DNA of 64,000 nucleotides from Mobula hypostoma (taxonomy: Eukaryota). The DNA is taken from the NCBI RefSeq assembly GCF_963921235.1, contig NC_086097.1, positions 95,420,001 to 95,484,000 on the forward strand. Reading direction: 5' to 3'. Below, piece by piece: positions 11,157-24,029 of the stretch (position 1 is the first letter of the stretch; every line of letters begins with the position of its first letter). The notes below the pieces were generated by a model. It made no database searches. It was not told the DNA's origin and saw only the letters and a list, made by a program, of their open reading frames with translations. Made by a program: the position numbers and the translations under genes.

Positions 11157-13812
11157 ACAACACACACGAAATGTTGGAAGAACTCAGCAGGCCAACCAGC
11201 ATCTATGGAAAAGAGTACAGTCGACGTTTTGGGGCGAGACCCTTCGGCAGGACTGGAGAAAAAAAGCTGAGGAGTAGATTTAAAAGTGGGGGAAAATAGA
11301 GAGTAACACAAGGTGATAGGTGAAACTGGGAGGAGGAGGGATGAAGTAAAAAGCTGGGAAGGTGATTGATGAAAGAGATACAGGGCTGGAGAAGGCAGAT
11401 TCTGATAGGAAAGGACAGAAGGCCATGGAGGAAAGAAAGGCGGAGAGGAGCACCAGAGGGAAGCGATGGACAGGCAAGGAGATAGGGTGAGAGAGGAAAA
11501 AGGGGATGGGGAATGGTGAAGAAGGGTGGGGGAAGTATTACTAGAAGCTCAAGAAATTGATATTTATGCCATCAGGTTGGAGGCTACCCAGACAGAATAT
11601 AAGATGCTGTTCCCCCAACCTGAGTATGGCCTCATCACGACTGTAGAGGAGGCCGTGGATTGACATATCTGAATGGAAATGGGAAGTGGAATTAAAACTG
11701 GTGGCCACTGGCAGATCCTGCTTGTTCTGGCAGACGGAGCGTAGGTGCTTGGTGAAGCGGTCTCCCAATCTATGTTAGGTCTCACTAATACACAAGAGGC
11801 CACACCAGGAGCACCGGACACAGTATATGACCCGAACAGGCTCACAAGAAAAGTGTTGCCTCACCTGGAAGGACTGCTTGGGTCCCTGAATGGTAGTGAG
11901 CGAGGAGGTGTAGGGGCAGGTGTAGCACTTATTCTGCTTGCAAGGATAAGTGCCAGGAGGGATATCAGTGGGGAGGGATCAATGGAAAGGGAGTCACGTA
12001 GGGAGCAATCCCTGTGAAAAATAGAAAGTGGGGAGTGGGGGTGGAGGGGAGGGAAAAATGTGCTTGGTGAGATCCCGCTGGAGATGATTGAAGTTACAGA
12101 GAATTATGTGATGGACGCGGAGCTGGTGGAATGGTAGGTGAGGTCAAGAGGAACCCTATCTCTGAGAGGATGGTAGGAGGAAGGATAAGAGCAGATGTGC
12201 GTAAAATGGAAGAGATGCGGTTGAGGACAGCGTTGATGGTGCAGGAAGGGAAGCCCCCTTTTTTTTTTAAGGAAGACTTGTTCTTCGTTCTAGGTTGAAA
12301 AGCTTCACCCTGAGAGCAGATGTGGCGGAAACTGAAAAGTTTGAGAGAAGGCTATGGCATTTTCACAAGTAACAGGGTGGGAAGAGGTATAGTACAGGTA
12401 GCTGTGAGAGTTTGTAGGTTCATAATAGAAATCAGTAGCTGAGCCATCTCCAGAGATAGGGACAATGAGATCGAGAAAGGGGAAGAGAAGTGTCGGAAAT
12501 AGACTAGGTAAATTTGAGGGCAGGGTGGAATTTGGAAGCAGAGTTGATTAAGTCAACGAGCTTTGCATAGGTTTAGGAAGCAGCACCAATGCAGTCGTCA
12601 TGTAGTGTCGGAAAAGTGGGGGAGTGACACTAGTGTAGGCTTGGAACATAGACTGGCCCATGTAGTCGACAAAAAAGCAGACATAGCTGGGACCCATGCA
12701 AGTGCCCATGGCTACATCTTTTGTTTGAAGGAAGAGGGTGGACCCAAAGGAGAAATAATATTAAGAGTGAGGACAAGTTCCGCTGGACAGAGAGAGTGGT
12801 GGTGGAAGGGAACTAGTTGGGTCTGGTGTCCAGAACGAAATGGACAGCTTTGACGTCTTCCTAGTGGGGGATAGATGTGTATAGGGACTAGATATCCATC
12901 GTGAAAAAAAGATGATGGGGACCAGGGAACTTGAAATTATTGAAAAAATCCAGAGCGTGTGAAGTGTCATGGATGTGGGTAGGAAGGGACTGAAGAGATG
13001 GGATAAAACAGAGTTGAGGTATGCAGTTATGAGTTCAGTGGGGCAGGAACAAGCTGAAACAATGGGTCTACCTGGACAATAGGGTTTATGGATCTTGGGT
13101 AGGAGGTAGAAATGGGAGGTATGGGGTGCGGGAACTATGACGTTGGTGGCAGTGGATGGGAGACCCCCAGAGCTAATAAGGTCAGTGATGGTGTGGTGCT
13201 CCTTAGTGGGATCCTGTTGGTCCTGCCCCCACTGAATTCGTATTTGCATACCTCGAAGCAGGATCTCCCAATGGCCACCCAATTTAATTCCACTTCCCAT
13301 TCCCATTGTATTATGTCAATCCATGGCCTCCTCTACTGTTGTGATGAAGTCACACTCAGGTTGGAGGAACAACACTTTATATTCCGGCTGGGTAGCCTCC
13401 AACCTGATGGCATGATTGTTGATTTCTCCAACTTCTGATAATGCCCCCCTCTCCATTTCCCATCCCCTTTTCCCCCCTCACCTTATCTCCTTGCCTGCCC
13501 CCTTTTCTTTCTTCCATGCCCTTCTGTCCTCTCCTATCAGACTCCCTCTTCTCCAGCCCTGTATCTCTTTCGCTAATCAACTTTCCAGCTCTTTACTTCA
13601 TCCCTCCCCCTCCCTTCACCTGTCACCTAGTGTTTCTCTCTCCTCCATCTTTTAAGTCTACTCCTCATCTGTTTTTCTCCAGTACTGCCTAAGGGTCTCG
13701 GCATGAAATGTCAACAGTACTTTTTTCCATAGATGCTGCCTGGCCTGCTGAATTCCTCCAGCAACAGTGTGTTGCTTGAATTTCCAGCGACTGCAGATTT
13801 TCTCTTGTTTAT
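11157..13812. mobile_element. Penelope-like element, older subfamily, two inverted arms (minus about 11157-13220; plus about 13257-13812)
   Basis: FYLLPKIHKP..PGRPIVS RT motif. GIY-YIG C-terminus (LRLEEQH.IF.LGSLQPDG) appears in both orientations, and family 3' termini are at both outer ends. TSD not resolvable. Confidence 0.9.
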
Positions 13813-14169
13813 GGCGATTCATCTCTTTTGTCTATGTTTGGGTCAAAACTGCATGCCTACAGAACTGGCAGCTAGCACAGGGAAATTTAAGGGGAACTCT
13901 AATGGATATATATATATAAATATATGCAGTGTTTAGACAGAACAAAACATGAAACCATTTCCAATACCAAATCAGTTGCAGAGCATTTTTAATACATGCA
14001 CACATGCCAATTTCAAATGTGCAGAAGGAAGGAAGTTAAATAATAACTCAGAAAAAAATGGTTGAATACCTCTAAAGATTTGTGACATGAATGGATAATT
14101 CTTTCCAAGAACTATCATAGATACAATAGTACCAATGCTGCACTCTGTGACTTCCACATCTCAGCTGAG

Positions 14170-14830
14170 ACTGAGAGGAGACACGATAAAAGTTTAAAAG
14201 ATTGTCAGAGGCATGGATAAACAGATAATAGAGATTTCTGATTCAAGTGGGCTTGCACAGGGTGAGAAGGGCAAGTTCAAAGAAGATATGCAGAGCAAAT
14301 TTTTATTACACAGAGCACAGAGTGTCTGGAATGGGCAGTCAGGCATGGCAGTGGGAGCAAATAGAACAAAGTGTTTAATAGGTTCTTAAATAAGCACATG
14401 AACGTGTAGGGAATGGAGGGATGTGAACATTATGTCAGCAGAAGGAATTATTTTAGCGAGGCATTTAATTACCAGTTTTAGTGATTCAAAACAACACTGT
14501 GGGCCAAAAAGCCTGCTACTGTGCTGTGATGTGCAATGCTCTATAGCTGACCTATGCTGGTGATCAAACACTCTTCTGTGCCTGCTCCCACTAGCCTTCA
14601 ATTCCTCGATCTTTCAAATATTTATTTAACTTCATCTTAAATATTTCTAATGACTTGGTCTCTGTAACCTTTCAGGGGTGGACTTCCAGAGATTCACTGC
14701 TGTCTGCCAGAAGAAATTTTCAGACTTCAGTTCAATATGGCCAACCTTTATCCTGTAACTTTGCCCCTTTGTTTGAGACTCTCCTACAACTGAAATCCTC
14801 ATTTTCTGCATCATACTTCATGATCACATC
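14170..14830. mobile_element. Old CR1 3'-end fragments (plus, then minus)
   Basis: AGACTGAGAGGAGAC...GGGCC..AAGCCTG..CTGTGCTGT CR1-type 3' end, followed by an opposite-strand fragment. Confidence 0.6.
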
Positions 14831-14854
14831 GAAAATTGTTAATTGGGTTAATTG

Positions 14855-15200
14855 GGATGGATTCAGGGTCGGCTGGGGTTGGCTGCTTCCAAGGTATCGG
14901 CAAGCTGACGGTGCTTGGAGGTTTATGGCAAGGAGTTTCTCCCTTTTGCCGCCTGCTATTGGGGACTCGGGAGTCGATCGACTCGGGGACTTTGAGACTT
15001 TTTTTTACTGTGCCTATGGACTGTTCTTCATCAAATTATGGTATTGCTTTGCACTGCTGTAACTATATGTTATAATTATGTGGTTTTGTCAGTGTTAGTC
15101 TTTGGCCTGTTTTGTTTTCTGTGATATCACGCCGGAGAGACATTGTATGCATTTCTAAATGACAATAAAAGAGGACTGAGTGTTCTCATAATCTAATCAT
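14855..15200 (+). mobile_element. 5'-truncated copy of an unclassified non-coding retroposon
   Basis: Aligns by eye to 17585-17950 and ends in AATAAAAGAGG...ATAATCTAATC. Confidence 0.8.
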
Positions 15201-16914
15201 CCTGGAATGTCCTGAAGTCAGGCATGTGACTATGGCAAGATCAAACACAATGTGTTACATCTATCCTTCTCTGCCAGAAATCCCACAGCTAATTGTGCTG
15301 CCTTGGTCACTTGTGCCTTGTAGAGGAGAACAACCACCAGTCACCCACAGTACAGCAGAGGTCTCATACTGATAATGGTAAGGTAGGTGAGGGGTGAGTG
15401 ACAATCTTGTTTTGAGTCAGTTAATGGAAGAGGAACTAAATATCAACACTTGTGCTGTTCCCTACTCTACGTTAACCAAACGCGCTAAGCTTGTGATAGA
15501 CCACAGGGGAAGGTTGGCACCATCAATGGAAAATATGAATTATGCCAGCAGAAAATAGATTTGTACTTCAAAGTACTCAATTTGAAATGACTGAAACATA
15601 ACTCAGAGCACAAGGAGCTGGCAATCAATGCCATACACTCACCGTTATGAATTACTCACTAGAAGAAGAAAAATATTTCATATAGTAGCTTTCACAAACT
15701 CAGTTTGTTTCAAAATGAAGAACATATTTACTTAAATCCCACTAGTAATACGATTGCAGGTAACGCAACAGTCAAATGTGTACACAACAAGTTCCTGAAA
15801 ACATCAATGGCATGCTCAGCACAGCACTGAACCATTCACTTAGATTATGTGCTTAAGCCTCATGAGATGGTCTTGAACCCATAAACCTGACTCAGATGTG
15901 AGTCACTGAGCCACAACTGAATTCTCCAGCTTGTGCCAAACCAGAGCTTTAACTGGCTGGAAGTTGCACCGGAAAGTCTCTCAGCCTCTTCAGCTTCTCT
16001 AGTCACTAATTACTCTATCCAACGTGTTCCTGCATTGCGGTTCATGTGGCTTGGCACAGTAATAGCATTCTCCTTGGAAACAGAAGGTCGTGAGATTAAA
16101 GCCCACTGCAGGACGTGAGTATGCAATGCAGGTTAATGTTCTGTCAAAAAAAAGAATACACTGTCCGTGCTGAATCTGACCCATACATAACTCCAGCTCC
16201 ACTGCTGTGGTTGACTTAACTACCCACAGAAGTGACTGAGCAAGGCCTTCAGTCCAGAGGTATCTGGGGATTATGTAAAACAGTACCCTAGTCATGAGAT
16301 ATTAACCAAGAATAAGTAAGGAAACTCTAGTTCAGTAGGAAGATACTGCTGTACTTTTAGGGTGCTGTATGCTACAATGCTACGTAAGGCATTTATGATG
16401 CCATTTCAACTGCATCTCTCCCAGTAATCTCTCATCCCATCCTCTCTCTGATGAAAGAAGTTACACAATTGCCTTCTCAATGTTAGATATCCTATCAGGC
16501 CTTTGATTAAAATGTAGAGTCACCACCTACAGGAGAGAACAGCAGAGCAAATTGTAAACAAACCAAATTATCTGGGGCTATCTCACACCTCTCATTTATT
16601 TCAAAGTTTTATTTTAAAAAGAGCTATAACTTATCTCTTCAATGGCTCAGAACATAGTCTCAAAGATGTATTTGTCTTATTCCAGGAGGAGGGGGTGGCA
16701 CAGTGCAAATCTTTTGGCAACACTATAAACTCCAGACAAACCCGAGAAATACAATTCTTAAAACTAAAGTGTCTCAAACCACCTCTTTACTGTTCTACTC
16801 TTTGCTGCCTCAATTAAAGAATGCCTTAAATTTTGAGATGATTAAAGAATTTTATAAATAAGTTGCAGAATTCAGGTGCTCTGTGTGTGAGACAGAACAC
16901 ACACACACACACAC

Positions 16915-18150
16915 CCCATGACTATGTGGGCTTCTTCTGAGTGCTTTGTTTTCCTCCCACATTCCAAAGGCATGCGGGTGATTACATTAATTGGCTTCTG
17001 CAAATTGCAGCTAGTGTGCAGGGAAGTGGTAGAACCTGAGAGGTGGGGAGATTGGGTTGTTGATTAGAATTTATTTAATTAATTTATTTATTTCAAGATA
17101 CAGCACAGTAACCAGGCCCCTTCAGCCCAACAAGCCCCTGTTGCCTAATTGCACCCATGTAACCAACTAACCAACTACTCTGTACATCTTTGGACTATGA
17201 AAGAAAAGCAGAGAACCCACAGGAAACCCAAGTGCTCATGAGGAGAATGTACAAATCCTCCCGGGAGGGGGGAGAAGATGGCAGCGTGACGGCAGCACGC
17301 ACGGCCACTTCGGTGAATGATATCTGTTATCTGTCAAGTAGGGGACTGTGCATAACTCTGATTTGATGGAGATAGACGTGAGAGCACAGAGGAACATCTG
17401 GAAAATTTCTGAAATTTGCTGCCGCTGCTACTGTGTGGTAACCGGAATCTCCGGAGCTGAAGACCCTGAAACCCTCGGCTTTGCATGTTTCAGTGGCCGG
17501 GGAGAGGTCGAAGGCGCTCAGCAGAGGATGGCGCTCGGGAGGCTGTATCAGAGCAGCTGGTCAGAAGCTCGAAGTTTTCAGACGGATGGACTCAGTGTCG
17601 GCTGTGGTCGGCTGCTTCCAAGGTATCGGCAAGTTGACGGTCCCTGGAGGTTTATGGCAGGGAGCTTCTCCCTTTTGCCGCCTGCTATCAGGGATTCAGG
17701 AGTCCATCGACTCGGGACTTTGAGACTTTTTTTTTACTGTGCCCATGGTCTGTTCTTCATCAAATTATGGTATTGTTTTGCACTGCTGTAACTATATGTT
17801 ATAATTATGTGGTTCTGTCAGTGTTAGTCTTTGCTGTGTCCTGTTTTCTGTGATATCACTCCAAAGAAACATTGTATCATTTCTTAATGCATGTATGCAT
17901 TTCTAAATGACAGTAAAAGAGGACTGAGTGTTCTCATAATCTAATCTAATCCTTACAGACAGCAGCGGAATAGAACGCAGATCACTGGCACTGTAGTAGC
18001 ATTACTCTAACCACTACACTACCATGCCAGCCCCTGAGAATGTGGAGAAAATAAAATGGGATTAGCTCAAGATTATTGTAAATGAGTGACTCGTAGTTAG
18101 CACAGACTCTGGGGGTTAAAGGGCCTGTTTCCATTCTCTGTGACTCTATG
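16915..18150. mobile_element. Nested V-SINE-like elements (plus copy interrupted by a minus copy)
   Basis: GGG..T...G.GTGCT...TTTCCTCCCACA.TCCAAA V-domain-like sequence in both orientations; related copies at about 43230-43400 and 50440-50670. Confidence 0.6.
17260..17947 (+). mobile_element. Unclassified non-coding retroposon, about 690 bp, (TAATC)n tail
   Basis: Starts near GGGAGAAGATGGCAGCG; AATCCT on both sides (17254-17259, 17948-17953). Interrupts a SINE; second copy at 14855. Confidence 0.75.
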
Positions 18151-18329
18151 GTTTCTCCCCAAGATGAAATTGAGTTAGGGATTTAAATGAAAACTAGTTT
18201 AACTGTAAACTTAAGTAGAAATTGAATTCATTGTGTTAAGCATCAACATGCAATCATAATTAGGTAGAGGCATGCAGATCAGACAGAACTCATTTCAACA
18301 GGGAAGATACTGATGGGCTGAATTCTGCA

Positions 18330-18770
18330 TGTTATTTTGGTGAACAGATCTATGAGGGGAGATGAGCGGCTGAGTCTGTTCTCTCTGGGGCAAAAGAGAG
18401 TAAGAGTCATGCTGCAAGAAATAAAATGAGGGGCAGAGATAGCATAGACTGCAGGAAAAATTTCCCCATATTAGATGAAGATAAAACTAGAGGACATTGA
18501 GTTAAGGTAAGAGGGAAGAGATTCAAAGGAGATATAAGGAGATTTCCTTCCCGGAGGAACTGGTAAGTCTCTGGAATGCACTGCCCAAGAGAGTGGTTGA
18601 AGCAGGCTTATAGGCAGGTGGTTTAAGAAGTATCTATATGAGCAACTGAATGGCCCAGGAATAGAGGCCATGGACCAAATGGAAGACAGAATTAATACTG
18701 AAGGATGCTCTCTAGTAGGCATGGATGAGTTGGGCCAACGGGCCTGTTTCCTTGCCGAATAATGCTATGA
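18330..18770 (+). mobile_element. Old CR1 3'-end fragment
   Basis: ACTAGAGGACAT..TTAAGGT, TGGAATGCACTGCC and GGGCC..CGGGCCTGTTTCC tail. Confidence 0.65.
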
Positions 18771-19369
18771 CATCAGTAACTCGAAGTTAGGCAAATCAAA
18801 GGGGAATCAGACATCATGGATAAGGATACCAGAGGCATTAGATACATAACAGGAATTATCATCATATGCCTCTGCCCAGATGCCTGAAACCAGCAGCACT
18901 GGCTCACATCACAGTGGTGCGCAGAATTTATTTCCAGATGTGGGGAAAAAAAGCCTTCAACCTGCAAAAAAGCAATCAATTTGCCTCTGTGTAGAGCACC
19001 AAGGATTATGTGAAAATAACATATCAGATCTGCATTTAATAAATAACTGTTGCTAATTGAAAACTGAAATATTCTAACTTTTAGCCTTGGTTTTGAATTA
19101 TCAGCTCCGATCCCTGGTGAGTACCTTCTCAGCCAGAACATTTCAAGGTTTAAGGACCCCAAAGGCCTGAATTTTAATCATTTAAACAACTTGCACTTAT
19201 ACACTAACTTTACCAGTGCAAGGTATTACAAAACACTTAGTAAAACAGAATGGCGAAAAGCTTTGAAGGAAATTAACACAGGATTTGTAAACAAGGATTT
19301 AATCTGAACCTTTGCTATACAGGGAATCAGTCAGTGAGGCAGGCAGAGGAATGTCTGTGGCCTCAGTGA

Positions 19370-19750
19370 GAGGACAGAAACAGGTCCTTGGTCCCAACTA
19401 GTCCATGCTGACCAAGGAGTCCATCTAAGCTAGTCCCAATTACCTGCATTTGGTTTATATCTCTCTCAACCTTCCCTAAACATGTAGCTGCCCAAGTACT
19501 TTTTAAATGTTGTTAGTGTACCTGCCCCAACCACTTCTTCTGGCAGCTCATTCTACATACAGACCATTCTTGTGTGTGAAGATATTGCCGCCCCCCCCAC
19601 CCCCGGGGTTCCTTTTAAGGCTCTCCCTTCTCAACTTAAACCTATGCCCTTTTGTTCTTTATTTCCCCAACCTGAGAAAGAGACTGCACATTTCCCCTAT
19701 CTATGGCCCTGATGATTTTATACATGTATATAAGATCACTCCTTATTCTC
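19370..19750 (-). mobile_element. Old CR1 3'-end fragment
   Basis: GAAACAGGTCCTT..CCCAAC start on plus, i.e. reverse-complemented CR1 3' end. Confidence 0.6.
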
Positions 19751-20589
19751 ACACTGTATGTTCAAATATTTTAAATTTACAGGTGAGATCCAAATCAGAA
19801 ATAATAGTTTTGTGTTCTGTGCCTGTACAAATTTAAGCTGTTCAGCTGATGCTATCTATTCTTTCCTCAACTCTCCCAAGCAGGAAGATTACTTTCTGGG
19901 AAGAGGTGACCCACCACTACGTGTGAATGAGGTGATTTAACTGGGCAGCTATAAATAGCATCCTAACAAGCGGGCTGGCTCAGTAAATTTGCATTTCGAT
20001 TAGGAAGAAGGTCTACCTGGTAACAAACCTCCTACTGCAAGGCATAGCACACCTTTAGTACTTGACTGAAACATCAAACTTGATGTTGAACTCACGCCTC
20101 TGGAATCAGCCACTTGCAATACAGTAAACTGCAGCCAACATGGGCAGCATTACCTCACTTCTCAGAATAGATCAGGACAGAAGAGTGTGATAAGGGAAAT
20201 AGAGCAGGTGTGGAGCAGATAGGGAGGCTAGAAGCAAGAGGGGCCAGAGCAAAACCTACCTTGGCATCTATGAACTTTAAACTCAAAGTTATGAAATTAA
20301 AATGGAATAAAATGCTAGTGTCAGTAGAAGTGAACACGAAGCTACTAGGTGCTGTGAGAGCCCACCTGTTTCACTAAAGGCAAGGAAACTCCCAATCCTT
20401 ACCTGGTCTGGCCTGTACATGAATCTGAACCCTGACATCAATGACTATAAGTTAACCTCCGTAGTGTTCAAACAAGACCCAGGTTCAAAGGAATGGATAA
20501 CAAAATATTAATCTTTCCAGTGATGTGTAAATCATCTAATAGAGATCATAGGGGCAAAATTCCACAGCATTTTTCCACTGGCGGGAGTA

Positions 20590-22022
20590 TTCAGACATTT
20601 TCAATCTCTCATTGCTTTGGTCACAAGTTCCTACCTGCTTCAAAAGGGCAACAATTATACCAGTGCCCATGAAGAACAGCCTGAGCTGCCTTAACAACTA
20701 TCATCCAGTAGCACTCACATCTGTTGTGATGAAATGCTTTGAGAGGTTAGAATCAACTCCCATCTCAGTAAGTACCTGGACCCACTGCAATTTGTCTATC
20801 ACCACAATACCTCTACGGCAGATGCAATCTCAATGGCTTCCCTTGGATCACCTGGACAATACAGAGACCTATGTCAGTATGCTGTTCATTGACTATAGTT
20901 CAGCATTCAACACCATCGTTTCTACAATCCTAATTGAAAAGCTACAGAATCTGGGTCTCCGTACTTTCCTCTGCAACTGGATCCTTGACTTCCTAACCAG
21001 AAGACCACAGTCTGTGCAGACTGGAAAAAAAACCTCCACCTCACTGACAATCAACACAGGTGCACCACAGTAAAGTGTGCTTAACCCACTGCTCTACTCT
21101 CTCCACACCCATGACTGTGTGGCTAGGTAGAGCTCAAATGCCATCTATAAATTTGCTCATAATACAACCATTGCTGGCAGCATCACAGATGGTGACAAGA
21201 GGGCGTACTGGCACAAGATATACCAGCTAGTTGAGTGGGGTCATAGCAACAACCTTGCACTCAACATTAGTAAAACCGAAGAGCTGATTGTGGACTTCAG
21301 GAAGGGTAAGATGAGGGAACACAAACTAATCCACATAGAGGCATCAGAAGTGTAGAGAGTGAGCAATTTCAAGTTCTTGGGTGTCAATATCTCTGAGGAC
21401 CTAACCTCGATGCAACTTATCGAAGCAGCTATAAAGAAGACCAAGACCACAGCTATATTTCATTAGAAGTTTGAAGAGATTTGGTTTGTCACCTAAAACA
21501 CTCGAAAACTTCTACAGATGTACTGTGGAGAGCATTCTGACTGGCTATATCACCATCTGGTAAAGGGGGAAGGCTATCACACAGGATCAAAGTAAGTTGC
21601 AATAAGTTGCAAAATTAGTCAGCTCCATCACGGGTACTTACCTCCGTAGTTTCCATGACATCTTCAAGAAGCGGTACCTCAGGAAGGCAGTGTCCATCAT
21701 TAAGGACCTCTACCACCCAGGACATGCCCTCTTGTTACCATTAAGAAGGTGGTACAGAAGCCTGAAGGCACACACTCAGAGATTCAGGAACAGCTTCTTC
21801 CCCTTTGCCATCCTATTTTTAAATGGACACTGAACCCACGGACACTACTTTATTATGATTTTTAATTTATTTCTGTTTTTGCACTACTTATTTTAACTAA
21901 ATTATTTAATATACATAGATATACTTACTGTAATTCAGGTTTTATTTTCTATATTTGTCACGAAATGCCGCAAAGTTGACAGATTTAACGACATATGCCA
22001 GTGATATGAAACATGATTCTGA
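20590..22022 (+). mobile_element. Rex1/Babar LINE, 5'-truncated and decayed
   Basis: VPTCFKRATIIPVP..YHPVALTSVVMKCFERL, MLFIDYSSAFNTI, NTGAPQ, NSFFP; AT-rich 3' UTR ending in GATTCTGA. Confidence 0.92.
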
Positions 22023-24029
22023 GTAAGGTCCTGGACAGCTGAACAGAACTGTAGGATGATTAAACCGACAATGATACAAGGGCAGAATTTGTGGAGGAAT
22101 GTCAAGCTGAAGAAGATTAAAGAGGCCATGGAAAGATTTGAAAACAATGTGAAGGATTTTAAATCCAAGTTATTGTCAGTCCAGAGGTTAAACGTGGCCA
22201 TTGTGTGAGAAGGTGATGAATAAAAGGAACTTAGTATACATTAGACATGAGCAGACTTTTATTTAAGCTTAAATACCACGGTAGTCTCACAGTTAGTGCA
22301 ACATTATTACAGCTTGGGACATCAGAAAATTTACAGAACGCACTGGATATGAGGACAGTCAGAAGTGTGATGACCCATGAAACAGAATGTTTAGCTGGGC
22401 TGACAAAGGATAAATTGCAACTCATCTGATGTATTAGAAGTCAAGCAAGGATGTATTTTTCACTAGATACAATAGACTAAAGCACCTGAAAAACAAACAG
22501 GAGCTATGTCCAGTTAAACTACAAAATTATTTACAGGAATGGTTACAGGAACCTGTTATGGGGGGAAAAAAGTCCAGAATTCACATAATACTTGCATCAA
22601 CTTCATTTTGTATTGGAAACATGCAAAGATATTTTCCAGCTTTAGCTGTAGCTCAATGGCAAGAGACTAGGGTTGAAATACCAGACCAGTGATAGGGACA
22701 CAATTTAAGCAGTGCCATCAGATCTCTTCCATTGGGTGAGATTTATACTGAGCCTACTTAGTCCCTCTGAGTGAGACAGGGAGTTTCTATGAAATGTTAA
22801 AAGAAGAGCACACAACTTTTTTCCAATGTCCTAACCCATAGTTATCCCTCAAATGACATCACTGAAGATTATCTAACATTTTCTATATTGTGACAATAGA
22901 GGCAGTTATGGAGTGTCAGCATTCCTAGAAAACTCTACACATTGTGATTTACTATAACACACGAATCTCTTCCCATTGAGCCCTTTGTTATAAACAGTGA
23001 TTGTGTTCCTACAGGATGTTCTTTAACCAAGTATATTGGCAATGACAAAGTGACCCACTGCCATTACTTAACAGCTGAGGGCAACATTGAACTCAGAGGA
23101 TGGACAAGAAATTTTGTCAAGTTTTATTTTTAATTATTCAATATTATAAGCATTAAGATTTGAATATGATGTCACTGCAAGGATTGGGTTGGATTGGATC
23201 CACTTCTTGGACTAGAGAAAGTGTGGCAAGGGCTCCCTTACCACACACCATCTCCAGTCCAAGAAAATCAGAATGTCAGTGATGATCAGTTACAAGTCTG
23301 ATTAATTTTCCCTTTTCCTAATTCAGAGTGTGACTGGAGAAATTGGTAAATTGGTTTCTTATTGTCACATCCACCGAGGTAAAGGAAAATACTTTGTTCT
23401 GCTGCCATCCATACAGATGATTTCACCATATCAGTGCTTTGAGGGAAAAGAATATAGTGTAGAGTTAGAGTGTGCAGTTTAGGCAGAAAAGGTGCAAGGC
23501 CATATTGAGGTCTGAAACACGAATCTCCCAGCTCTGTGGAGAATTTTATATTATACATAAATATACACTCCATGGGAGTTTATAAAACAAAATTATAGCC
23601 ATGCCAGCCTTTAGGTAAGATATACTGTAAAGCTAACACATACAGGGAATAGCAAAGCTGATCCTATCCTCACCTATGTCCCTCTACAAGCCCCGACTAA
23701 TGAAGGGCCATTGGATGATAATCAAGGGAAGTACAGCTGGAAACCAAAGGTTCACTCAATACGCAGCAGATATCCAAGTGTGGATGTATATCAAATACTG
23801 CATCCACTGGCAAATCCTTCAAGAGGAACGTGGATTACAGATGCAGCTTGATTCAGGAACCATATAATCATACAGCACAAGAACAAGTCATATGGCTTAT
23901 TATTTGTTGAAGACTTTTGAATGGATTTGCTCATTTGCTGCATTTCTTCCCCTTAGCAATGTTTTCTTTTTTTGAAAAGACTTGGTCCACTCATTTGTGA
24001 ATATAGGAGTGAATCACGGAAAATTCACA

